Origin: Bacteroidota bacterium
Lineage (GTDB): Bacteria; Bacteroidota; Bacteroidia; Bacteroidales; JAHJDW01
Assembly (NCBI GenBank): GCA_037139195.1
Contig: JBAXGW010000008.1
Location: forward strand, 29,516-93,515
Direction: 5' to 3'
DNA length: 64,000 bases
Positions 17,323-25,873 of this stretch are shown here, piece by piece. The notes below the pieces were generated by a model. It was not told where the DNA came from. It worked only from the letters and a program-made list of their open reading frames with translations, and did no database searches. How positions within the stretch are numbered: position 1 is the first letter of the stretch; each line of letters starts with the position of its first letter. The translations under genes and the position numbers were made by a program.

Positions 17323-17430
17323 GAATCAAGAATACAGAAGTAAGAATACAGAAATGTTTATTGCAATAAGGATTATTTTCTTGGTTCTGGCTCTTTTCTT
17401 CTTAATTCTTGATTCTTACTTCTTGATTCT
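17323..17430. repeat. Repeat family E long hairpin (copy E1), abutting the porin stop codon
   Basis: GAATCAAGAATACAGAAGTAAGAATACAGAA...TTCTTCTTAATTCTTGATTCTTACTTCTTGATTCT has ~30-nt inverted arms. The element ends 1 nt from the porin TAA (17432-17434). Track ORF 17291-17485 is read out of it. Confidence 0.75.
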
Positions 17431-17431
17431 A

Positions 17432-18733
17432 TTAAAATTTATACTGCATTCTAATTGTCAAAACATTGTCTTTTACATCGTTTAAATATCCAGCAAGTAA
17501 TGTAGATTCATTTTTAACCATATCATAATATACCGTTAGTTTAAGGTTTTGGTCATATTTATAAGTTAAACCCAATCCCAAAGTGCTATATTTAATATCT
17601 GCAGCTGATAATTTAGTTGATTTAAGTGATAAAGTTTTTTCAAATATTTGATTTCCCGAAACGCTTGTATTTGGATCGTACCAATCGTATTTAGCAACAA
17701 ATTGGAATTTTGTTTGCATAATATTTTGAATAAAGTAAAAATAAGCACCATTAAAATTGCGGAAATAAGTATCTGTTGATTGAGCAGTTGGTGTTTTTGT
17801 ACTTGATGATGTTCCTGGTTGAGTTCCTTGAATTAACTCAGCACGAAGAACTGTTATACCAATTGGCAAATCTAAATTTAATTGCATGTCAACACCCATA
17901 TATTCTCTTTTTGCATACAATCCGTTATTTGTGGAAGTTGAATCAACTATAAAACCATTATAATCGCCAACTAATCCATTGTTATACACAAATTTTGAAC
18001 CCTGGCGCATTGCTCCATTAAAATAAGAAACTCCCAAACCAAAATTTATTTTTTCTGATTTATTTGATTTATTATAAGTCAAATGTCCAATAATATCTTT
18101 TTGCTTGTCGTATTCCGAAGCATTATTTCCAGTACCGTTAAATAAACCTGCTTCTAATTTAAGAGCGTTCCATTTAGATGATTTTGGACCTTGAACAGTT
18201 AACATTGCTCCCAAATCATATTCTCCTGGAAAAATAATTTGAGAAAGCATCCCTCTTTCAGGACTTTCGCATGAGCTTGAAGAATAAGGAAGTTCGAAGC
18301 CGAAAGGACGGTTTTGACTACCAAGTGTTAAACTGAACATCTTGAATTTAGTATCGGTAATTTTTGCGTACATTTCTTTTATAGTAAAGCCTTTTTCGCC
18401 AGCATCGAATTGAAAAACAAATTGAGTATTATTATTTGTATAGGTTGCTTTAATACGAGATCTTCTTAACAAGAAACGTTTATCAGAAAATGAAGGAAAA
18501 TCGCCTCCAGCATAAGATTTTGCGCCAGAAGAATCGGCATATTGAAATTGTGGTTGAAAATAACCTGAGAATTTAAGTTTTTCGAAAATGCCTAATTTCG
18601 ATTCAATTTCTTTTACACTTGTTGCAAGGGTGTCAATAGGCGAACGTGTTTCTTCTTGTGCTGAAACAATGCCAGTAAAGGCAATGAAAATAAAAAATAA
18701 AAATGATTTTTTAAAAGATAAATTTGCTTTCAT
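17432..18733 (-). CDS. Outer-membrane porin, phosphate-selective porin O/P-like
   Basis: Has a signal peptide, alternating beta-strand composition and a C-terminal ...IRMQYKF. It sits directly upstream of pstS. The family assignment is by resemblance and context only. Confidence 0.7.
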   Translation of the reverse strand: MKANLSFKKSFLFFIFIAFTGIVSAQEETRSPIDTLATSVKEIESKLGIFEKLKFSGYFQPQFQYADSSGAKSYAGGDFPSFSDKRFLLRRSRIKATYTNNNTQFVFQFDAGEKGFTIKEMYAKITDTKFKMFSLTLGSQNRPFGFELPYSSSSCESPERGMLSQIIFPGEYDLGAMLTVQGPKSSKWNALKLEAGLFNGTGNNASEYDKQKDIIGHLTYNKSNKSEKINFGLGVSYFNGAMRQGSKFVYNNGLVGDYNGFIVDSTSTNNGLYAKREYMGVDMQLNLDLPIGITVLRAELIQGTQPGTSSSTKTPTAQSTDTYFRNFNGAYFYFIQNIMQTKFQFVAKYDWYDPNTSVSGNQIFEKTLSLKSTKLSAADIKYSTLGLGLTYKYDQNLKLTVYYDMVKNESTLLAGYLNDVKDNVLTIRMQYKF

Positions 18734-18756
18734 GTATATTTAATTTAAAGTTTATG

Positions 18757-18764
18757 CAAATTTA
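18757..18764 (-). promoter_or_regulatory. -7 promoter box (TAAATTTG) for the porin gene
   Basis: TAnnTTTG match, 24 nt upstream of the porin ATG. Confidence 0.5.
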
Positions 18765-18944
18765 TCGGTCAAATATGAAGCTAATATTTATTTCAGGTTA
18801 ATTAAATGTTATTTTATATGTTAAGTTAGCGTGAATTAATTGTGAAAATTTCAATTATGTAATTGAATAACTGGCTTATAAATAGAAATTCCATATTAAT
18901 ATTAAATTAACATGGAAATTTTTAAGAGTTTTTGTGTGTTTTTT

Positions 18945-19174
18945 CATTGTTGTCCGGAAAAATAATATAAGATTCCTCCATTTCGACTCACGCTCAATGC
19001 ATCGCCTGCGGTCGGAATGACAACAAGTTGAGGGAAAAAAGGAGAGAGGGGGTTGTCGGTGGCTTTACCACCGACAACCCCCTCTCTCCTTGGCATAATA
19101 TATTGATAGTCATTTCGAACGAAGTGAGAAATCTTTGAAGTTTTTGTTTAATAACATTTTATCGGACAACAATG
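18945..19174. mobile_element. 230-bp composite palindromic element bounded by 12-bp perfect inverted repeats
   Basis: The outer inverted repeat is CATTGTTGTCCG (18945-18956) and CGGACAACAATG (19163-19174). Inside is a 22-bp perfect GC-rich stem, GGAGAGAGGGGGTTGTCGGTGG / CCACCGACAACCCCCTCTCTCC (19041-19062 and 19068-19089, loop CTTTA). Also inside are CATTTCGA-type modules, including GTCATTTCGAACGAAGTGAGAAATC. Confidence 0.75.
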
Positions 19175-19184
19175 TGTTTTTATT

Positions 19185-19514
19185 TCAACTTTTTAGTTTT
19201 TCATTATTCTTATGCCTATCGCTGTCTCTATTGGTTTTCTTTTCTAAATTCTTAACTAAGGCCTCGGTTAAATCAACACCAGTTTGGTTTGCAATGCAAA
19301 TTAAAACAAATAGTACATCGGCTAATTCATCCGAAAGCTCTTTTCCCTTATCCGATTCTTTAAATGATTGTTCGCCATATTTGCGGGCAATAATACGAGC
19401 TACCTCTCCTACTTCTTCGGTTAGTATAGCCATATTAGTAAGTTCATTAAAATAACGCACGCCAGTAGTATTTATCCACTGGTCAACTATCTTTTGGGCT
19501 TCGTCAATTGTCAT
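19185..19514 (-). CDS. MazG-like nucleotide pyrophosphohydrolase
   Basis: 109 aa. Motif LTEEVGEVARII...ELADVLFVLICIAN is typical of the small MazG family. It lies 5 bp downstream of dtd. Confidence 0.85.
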   Translation of the reverse strand: MTIDEAQKIVDQWINTTGVRYFNELTNMAILTEEVGEVARIIARKYGEQSFKESDKGKELSDELADVLFVLICIANQTGVDLTEALVKNLEKKTNRDSDRHKNNEKLKS

Positions 19515-19519
19515 TTTAG

Positions 19520-19972
19520 CTATTCTTTGTTTTTTGAATCTATTATTATTGTAACCGGACCGTCGTTTATTAATTCTACTTTCATATTTGCACCAAAAAC
19601 TCCTGTTTGTATTTTCCTTTGAAATACTTTTTCTAAATGCAAAATAAATTTCTCGTATAAAGGAACTGCAATTTCGGGCTTTGATGCTTTCAAATACGAA
19701 GGACGATTTCCCTTTTTCGTGCTTGCATGAAGCGTAAACTGGCTTATTAAAAGTATTTCTCCATTAATGTCAGTAATCGATAAATTCATAATACCATCAG
19801 CATCATCAAAAATTCGCAAACGCAAAATTTTGCCTACTAGCCATTCAATATCTTCCCCATCATCAGCATCTTCAATGCCTAATAATATCAGTAATCCTGC
19901 ATCTATTTTCCCATTGCAGGCACCGTCTATTACAACCGAAGCTCTGCTAACTCTTTGTATTACAACTCTCAT
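19520..19972 (-). CDS. dtd: D-aminoacyl-tRNA deacylase
   Basis: 150 aa. Starts MRVVIQRVS and contains SQFTLHA..KKGNRPSY and NDGPVTI, the classic Dtd signature. Confidence 0.95.
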   Translation of the reverse strand: MRVVIQRVSRASVVIDGACNGKIDAGLLILLGIEDADDGEDIEWLVGKILRLRIFDDADGIMNLSITDINGEILLISQFTLHASTKKGNRPSYLKASKPEIAVPLYEKFILHLEKVFQRKIQTGVFGANMKVELINDGPVTIIIDSKNKE

Positions 19973-20009
19973 AGCTTTTTTATTGTTCCCTTGCGACTTG
20001 GTTTTGCAA

Positions 20010-20545
20010 CTGATACACGGTACATGGTAAATGGTTCACGGTGTTTCCAAATATTAGATTCCGAGTTGTTCGCATATTAACTAGTAAAAAGATATTTGCC
20101 ATGCAAATTTTATTTTAACAAATGTAATAAATTTATCAAATTACTCGTCAACAAAAAAAACCACATAACGCATAGTGTCTTGTCCTAAAAGAGTTCACAT
20201 AAGTTTCTTCGCTTACTTCTACTCCGCTCAGTGACAGTTGCGAAGATTTCATCCGCCGTTTCACGGTTTTCTTTATTACCTTATCTGCTGTTGCCTTAGC
20301 AACTTTTCTTGCACAGTGTAACACCGTGTTTATCACAGAGTTTCATTGTTTTCTTTGTTTTCGCTGTGCAACACTGTGCTTTAACTCTGTGTCACACTGT
20401 GTAAATAAAGCGCTTGCTATAGCAAACTTTTGCTCCGAAACTAACCCTTTTGCGAAGATTCCTGTCCGCCATCAGGTCATCCGTATGGTGTTACCCTGTA
20501 CCGTTCACCTTGCACCTGTCACCTTTTACCGTGCACCTATTATCC
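20010..20545. repeat. Compound repeat island between dtd and rsgA
   Basis: The two arms of a GGT-periodic hairpin module (family D) sit at 20015-20043 and 20487-20537. Between them lie an AT-rich stretch, a degenerate family C module (20209-20245), copy A2 and a TCCGCCATCAGGTCATCCGTATGGTG module (20464-20490). The track ORFs 20148-20336 and 20326-20649 are read out of these repeats. Confidence 0.7.
20290..20447 (+). repeat. Repeat family A, copy A2
   Basis: Collinear with A1 (GTTGCCTTAGCAAC...GCACAGTGTAACACCGTGTTTATCACAGAGTTTCATTG...GTGTCACACTGTGTAAATAAAGCGCTTGCTATAGCAAAC...CCGAAACTAACCC), with roughly 85-90 percent identity by eye. Confidence 0.85.
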
Positions 20546-21487
20546 TTATTCCCATTCTTCCAAATAATCTTCAACATTATTCAGAATATTTAAATAATTA
20601 TTATACCTATCAGGATGAATTTCATTATTTTCCACAGCTTGTTTTATAGCACATGAAGGCTCGTGAACATGGGTGCAATTATTAAATTTGCAACCTGCAA
20701 TTCGTTCACGCATCTCAGGGAAATAATGCGATACTTCCGAATGTTCAAAATCTACTACTCCAAACTCCTTTATGCCAGGCGTATCAATAATAAACCCACC
20801 AAACGACAAGTCGAGCATTTCGGCAAATGTAGTTGTATGTTTTCCTTTGCTGTGCACATCAGATATTTCGCCTGTTTTTTGATTTATCGTGTTATCAATT
20901 GCATTGATTAATGCTGATTTTCCAACGCCTGAATGCCCCGACATTAGAACAACTCTATCTTTTATTTCATTTCTTAACTCTTCTACCCCAAAACCGGTCT
21001 TTGCAGAAGTTAGCATGCATTTATAGCCTACTTCTTCATACATCTCGACATATTCAGCCAATAAATTCTGATTTCTTTCATCACTCATCAAGTCAAATTT
21101 ATTAAAGATGATGGTAACCGGAATATGATACGCCTCTGCTGTTACCAAAAATCTGTCAATAAAACCAGTTGAAGTTCGGGGCTGAGCAACCGTGGCAACA
21201 ATATATGCCATATCGATATTTGCAGCAATAATATGAGTTTGCTTTGATAAATTGGTCGATTTTCGGATTATATAGTTTGTTCGTGGATAAATTTTATGAA
21301 TCATCCCAATCTTCTTCTCATCCTGATAGTCAAATTCAACTAAATCGCCAACAGCCAAAGGATTTGTGCTTTTTATTCCTTTAATTTTAAAGTTTCCTTT
21401 AAGCTTTGCCTCAACTAAGTTGTTTTGTTCGTCTTTAACTGAGTACCAACTGCCTGTTGAACGTATTATTCTTCCTTTATTCGACAT
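20546..21487 (-). CDS. rsgA: Ribosome small-subunit-dependent GTPase A
   Basis: Has an N-terminal OB-fold region, the circularly permuted GTPase motifs (NKFDL ... GHSGVGKSALIN ... DTPG) and a C-terminal zinc motif (CKFNNCTHVHEPSCA). Confidence 0.92.
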   Translation of the reverse strand: MSNKGRIIRSTGSWYSVKDEQNNLVEAKLKGNFKIKGIKSTNPLAVGDLVEFDYQDEKKIGMIHKIYPRTNYIIRKSTNLSKQTHIIAANIDMAYIVATVAQPRTSTGFIDRFLVTAEAYHIPVTIIFNKFDLMSDERNQNLLAEYVEMYEEVGYKCMLTSAKTGFGVEELRNEIKDRVVLMSGHSGVGKSALINAIDNTINQKTGEISDVHSKGKHTTTFAEMLDLSFGGFIIDTPGIKEFGVVDFEHSEVSHYFPEMRERIAGCKFNNCTHVHEPSCAIKQAVENNEIHPDRYNNYLNILNNVEDYLEEWE

Positions 21488-21510
21488 AATTTGATTTGAA
21501 GTCTTTCCTG

Positions 21511-21518
21511 CAAAGTTA
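21511..21518 (-). promoter_or_regulatory. -7 promoter box (TAACTTTG) for rsgA
   Basis: TAnnTTTG match, 24 nt upstream of the ATG at 21487. Confidence 0.45.
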
Positions 21519-21550
21519 TACTAAATCTTAATAAGAAAATAAATAGAAAT

Positions 21551-21589
21551 AAAAAAAGCTGCACCTCAACCATAGATTTCAATGCAGCT
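21551..21589 (-). terminator. Probable terminator after the lectin/Ig adhesin gene
   Basis: The stem AGCTGCA / TGCAGCT is followed by a 7-nt T-run on the minus strand. The loop is long (19 nt). Confidence 0.55.
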
Positions 21590-21611
21590 TGTGAACTAAT
21601 AAAAAAAAGAG

Positions 21612-24600
21612 TTATTCCTTAATTATTTTTCGTGTCATTATTCCTTTATCCGTTTTAAGCACTATTGAATAAAACCCTTTTGACAATTTACTACAATCAA
21701 TTGCATATTCCATGCTGCCTTGTGTAAGATTAATGGTTTCATCATTAACTATCTGACCCATTAAATTTAAAATACTTATTTGCATTTCATTTGATTCAAG
21801 AGAAGTGATTAGCAAATTAACTTCATCACTTACTGGATTTGGATATATGCTTACTTGATTAATACCGTCAATTAAATCATCTACATTTGTCATTTGATCA
21901 ATTACAATCAAAATAGAATCTATATCTGTTCCGCAATCATTCACGGCTGTTAACTTTACCCAATATGAGCCTTTTGCAGTGTAATCGTGTATTGGATTAT
22001 TTCCCACGAAGGAAGCTGAACCATCACCAAAATCCCAAGTAAAATCTGTGCCAAAGAAAGTATAGTTATAAAAATGAACATTACTTTGAAATTTTTCGTA
22101 GCTAAAATAAACCTCTGGTTTAGGATCTACCACAATGGTAACAGAATCGGTTGCTTCTTTACATCCATAAAAGTCACTAACTGTAACATTGTAATTTCCA
22201 CTTTCAAAAGCAGATATAATATTTGTTGTTGAGCCTGTAGACCATTCGTAAGTGTGGTAAACTGTGTCGGTTATTAAGTCTACCCTTTCGCCAAAACAAA
22301 TTACTGAAGGACCATTTACTATTATGTAAGGATTTATTTCTGATGAATTTACTACACTATGCAAAGCAGAAATACTTTTGCATCCATTCGCATCTGTAAC
22401 AGTAACGGTATAATTCCCCGTTTGATTAACTGTAATTGTTTGAGTTGTTTCTGCATTCGACCATAAATAGTTCGCAAATCCAGATGGAGCATACAAATGC
22501 ACTGGCGCAGGATTATTATAACAAAATGCAGATGGCGATGATGATGTTATATTTGGTATTATAACTGGGAACACTTGTATAGAAATATTTGAAGTATTTG
22601 TACAGCCTAAATCACTTGTTACTGTTAAACTATAGTTTGTAGATGTAGTTGGATATATTGTTGGATTTGATATTTGACTATTGCTAATCATTCCATTGTT
22701 TGTCCATTGGTAGGTTCCGCCTCCAGTGGCATTTAAAACTAAAGTATCTCCATTGCATAATTGGGTTACGCCTGAAATCTGAATGTTCGGCTTAGGATTT
22801 ACGGTTACTTGAACCATATCAGTATTTGTACATGACGAAGCACCAGTTACAGTTACAACGTACGAACCTGATGAAGTAGGCACAAATGGTACATCTTGAA
22901 CTGCTCCACCGTTCCAAACAGGGTTATTATCACCTATCGCATGGAGTGTAACCGAATTACCAGAACATATAATAATTTCATTTCCTGCTTCAACTATTGG
23001 CTTAGGAATTACGTTAACTATAATATTGTCGGTATTTGTACAACTATTTGCATCTGTTACTGTTACAGTATATGTGTTTGTTGCTGTAGGAAAAAATGCA
23101 AGACCGTTTGTTATTCCATTATTCCATACAGGAGTTCCACCACTAGCGATTAATGTGACACTTGCTCCAATACAAATCGATTGTTCTGCACCTGCTTCTG
23201 CAATAGGCAATGGATTTACTGTTACGGATACTTGACCCGTAACAGTATTAAATCCATCGCTCACTGTAACTGTAAAAACAGTGGAAATAGTTGGTAGCAC
23301 TATTGGATTTTGAATATTTTGATTTGAACCATTAGCAGTCCAGTCATAAGAAGGAGAGGCAGACCACAAATACGAATATAAACCAGAACCACCTGAGGTA
23401 TTTGCATTTAATTGGGTCTGCCCTCCTGTACATAAAATTGAATTGCTAGTATTAGTTATTACGTTTAAAGGACTTCCTGTTATTGATATTACAACAAAAT
23501 CAGAAGCAGTACATCCATTAGCATCGGTAACGGTAAGATTATAGGTTGTATTACTCGACAAATTAGTTGTTTGAGGATTTTCAATATTTGAATTTGATAA
23601 ATACAATGATGGATTCCATTGATAATTATATGTTGGAAGTCCGCCGCTAACTGATGGATCCAATGTGGTATTTGTTCCATTCAAAATAGTTTGATTTCCA
23701 CCAGCATCAACAGTTGGCGTATTAAAAACATTAACAATTGCTGTAGCATCATCTGTACAACCAAATCCATTAGTTACAACTACTGTATATGTGGTGTTTT
23801 GGGCTGGTGATATAATTGGGTTTTGCAAGTTTGAAGTAAAACCAACCGGGTTTGACGTCCAGCTATAGCTTACACCGCCGCCTCCATTTATACTAGTTGT
23901 TAGCCCGTTGCAAATACTTCCACTTGTTGCTGAAGCAGTTGCTGAAGTCATTGGGTTAACCGTTACTATAGCTGTTGCATCATCTGTACAACCAAATCCA
24001 TTTGTTACTACTACTGTATATGTGGTGTTTTGAGTTGGTGATATACTTGGGTTTTGCAAATTTGAAGTAAAACCGACCGGGTTTGATGTCCAGCTATAGC
24101 CTGCACCGCCGCCGCCATTTAAACTAGTTGTTTGTCCATTGCAAATACTTGCACTTGTTGCAGAAGCAGTTGCTGATGACATAGCAGTTACTGTTACTGC
24201 AACAGTTGCATCGTCTGTACAACCAAAGCCATTAGTAACAACAACTGTGTAGGTAGTGTTTTGCGTTGGAGATATTGTTGGATTTTGCAAATTGGAAGTA
24301 AAGCCGACAGGGTTTGATGTCCAACTATAGCTTACGCCACCTCCACCATTTAACGTAGTTGTTTGCCCATTACAAATATTTGAACTAACAGCAGTGGCAG
24401 TTGCCGTGGGGAAACTACTAACATTTAACACAAAATTTTCGGTATCAGAACATCCATTGCCATCAGTTACTTTTAACGTATATGTTGTATTTGCTACAGG
24501 CGAAACTGAAGGATTTTGATTATTGGAATTAAATCCTGCTGGACTTGAGCTCCAAACATAACTACCTCCACCACTTCCACTAAGCACTACAGAATTTCCA

Positions 24601-25577
24601 AGACATAAATTTGGAGAAGCTGAAATAGCAGCAATTGGAGCTGGATTTACATTTATTTGAATTGAATCCATTCTATTGAAATTACAACCATCTTTGTAGC
24701 TCACATAATACGTTGTGGTTACTGGAGGAAATACCGTAGGAGTTATTGAAGTAATATCAGAAATACTGGTATTTGGTGTCCAAAGCACATTTGTTAAATC
24801 AGTACCAGAAAGGTTTAATTCTACCGATTCATTCTGACAAATTGTAGTATTACCATACAAAGCTACAAGCATATTGTTATCAAGGCATACTACTTGCTGA
24901 ACATGATATAAACCAGTAGCACCAGTAAAGCCAAACCATGCTTCGGTAGAGGGAGCAAAAATAGTTCTAATATTATAATTTAAATCTATTCGTAATTCGC
25001 AATCAAAGTATACTTTAAAATTGTTAGTAGCTGGATTCCACGAAATTCTAACTCTATGTGTGTTACCATCTGCAATATTTGTTGTTAAGGTTGTAGCTTG
25101 AACAGGTCCCGCTAAATTACCACCTCCAGTATGATCAGGATTGCCATTTTTTTGTACTGCAATATGGTCAGAAGATAAATCACCAAGCGAACTATTATCA
25201 AAAACATCAAATTCAACTCCTAGAGAAGGCGAAAAACCATCAAAACCCATTCCCTCTCCATCAAGTCCCATTGCAGTATTTCCAACTGTTTGTAAAACGA
25301 AAACCATACCATCAGCAGCAGGGTCGCCACCAGGGTCGCTAAACTGAATGTTAAAGTCAATATCGAATGGCGTATTCATATTGATTTTATTACTATACCA
25401 AATTGTTCCTTTTTGACTATTTAAATTAGGAGTAACATTAAAACAATCGCCTCCAATATGCGAAGCATCACCATTTAACGTATAGGAAGATTGAGCAAAC
25501 AAGAAAGAATTCGCTACATTAAAAAGAAAAACTAGAAATAAACTTATTATTAACTTCAAACTAACTATATTTTTCAT
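21612..25577 (-). CDS. Large T9SS-secreted adhesin-like protein: N-terminal L-type lectin-like domain, many Ig-like repeats, a PKD-like domain and a type A sorting domain
   Basis: 1321 aa with a signal peptide. The lectin-like N-terminus is YTLNGDA...QKGTIWY...ADGMVFVLQ...GVEFDVFDN...DHIAV. There are about 15 Ig-like units with a conserved C..G...L.A.GG..Y.W pattern. The C-terminus is VSIYPNPVSDEVNLLI...GFYSIVL. Confidence 0.88.
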   Translation of the reverse strand: MKNIVSLKLIISLFLVFLFNVANSFLFAQSSYTLNGDASHIGGDCFNVTPNLNSQKGTIWYSNKINMNTPFDIDFNIQFSDPGGDPAADGMVFVLQTVGNTAMGLDGEGMGFDGFSPSLGVEFDVFDNSSLGDLSSDHIAVQKNGNPDHTGGGNLAGPVQATTLTTNIADGNTHRVRISWNPATNNFKVYFDCELRIDLNYNIRTIFAPSTEAWFGFTGATGLYHVQQVVCLDNNMLVALYGNTTICQNESVELNLSGTDLTNVLWTPNTSISDITSITPTVFPPVTTTYYVSYKDGCNFNRMDSIQINVNPAPIAAISASPNLCLGNSVVLSGSGGGSYVWSSSPAGFNSNNQNPSVSPVANTTYTLKVTDGNGCSDTENFVLNVSSFPTATATAVSSNICNGQTTTLNGGGGVSYSWTSNPVGFTSNLQNPTISPTQNTTYTVVVTNGFGCTDDATVAVTVTAMSSATASATSASICNGQTTSLNGGGGAGYSWTSNPVGFTSNLQNPSISPTQNTTYTVVVTNGFGCTDDATAIVTVNPMTSATASATSGSICNGLTTSINGGGGVSYSWTSNPVGFTSNLQNPIISPAQNTTYTVVVTNGFGCTDDATAIVNVFNTPTVDAGGNQTILNGTNTTLDPSVSGGLPTYNYQWNPSLYLSNSNIENPQTTNLSSNTTYNLTVTDANGCTASDFVVISITGSPLNVITNTSNSILCTGGQTQLNANTSGGSGLYSYLWSASPSYDWTANGSNQNIQNPIVLPTISTVFTVTVSDGFNTVTGQVSVTVNPLPIAEAGAEQSICIGASVTLIASGGTPVWNNGITNGLAFFPTATNTYTVTVTDANSCTNTDNIIVNVIPKPIVEAGNEIIICSGNSVTLHAIGDNNPVWNGGAVQDVPFVPTSSGSYVVTVTGASSCTNTDMVQVTVNPKPNIQISGVTQLCNGDTLVLNATGGGTYQWTNNGMISNSQISNPTIYPTTSTNYSLTVTSDLGCTNTSNISIQVFPVIIPNITSSSPSAFCYNNPAPVHLYAPSGFANYLWSNAETTQTITVNQTGNYTVTVTDANGCKSISALHSVVNSSEINPYIIVNGPSVICFGERVDLITDTVYHTYEWSTGSTTNIISAFESGNYNVTVSDFYGCKEATDSVTIVVDPKPEVYFSYEKFQSNVHFYNYTFFGTDFTWDFGDGSASFVGNNPIHDYTAKGSYWVKLTAVNDCGTDIDSILIVIDQMTNVDDLIDGINQVSIYPNPVSDEVNLLITSLESNEMQISILNLMGQIVNDETINLTQGSMEYAIDCSKLSKGFYSIVLKTDKGIMTRKIIKE
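23730..24420 (-). repeat. Three near-identical ~231-bp (77-aa) tandem coding repeats inside the lectin/Ig adhesin gene
   Basis: The protein units share ICNGQTT.LNGGGG..YSWTSNPVGFTSNLQNP.ISP.QNTTYTVVVTNGFGCTDDAT three times. Confidence 0.8.
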
Positions 25578-25628
25578 ATCATTTCTGTTTAGTTAACGTT
25601 TAGTTATATCTAAAACGATTTAGGCTAT

Positions 25629-25636
25629 CAAATTTA
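25629..25636 (-). promoter_or_regulatory. -7 promoter box (TAAATTTG) for the lectin/Ig adhesin gene
   Basis: TAnnTTTG match, 52 nt upstream of the ATG at 25577. Confidence 0.45.
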
Positions 25637-25873
25637 TCTTCTTATTAAAGGATATTCAGCACTTATTATATCAACTGTTATTTTTATTATAATAACAACT
25701 TATATTTTCATAATTTTTGTTAAATATTTTCAAAAATCAATAATATAAAAGAAACTAAACGTATTTCATGTGTTTTAGACAAGTGTTATATTTATAAAAA
25801 TACATTTTGTTAAAAAAGATAAATAATTATCAATATTTTGTAATTTCGCAATTCATTAATAAATGTTTTCTTT

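Noticed and set aside
17291-17485. 64-aa plus-strand ORF
   Set aside because: It is composed of the family E long hairpin and overlaps the 3' end of the porin gene. It is a repeat-derived artefact.
19135-19455. 106-aa plus-strand ORF
   Set aside because: It is antisense to the well-supported MazG-like gene and has low-complexity composition.
20148-20649. Track ORFs 20148-20336 (minus) and 20326-20649 (plus)
   Set aside because: Both are read straight through repeat families A, C and D (for example CARKVAKATADK and HCFLCFRCATLCFNSVSHCV come from the palindromic modules). There is no independent coding evidence.
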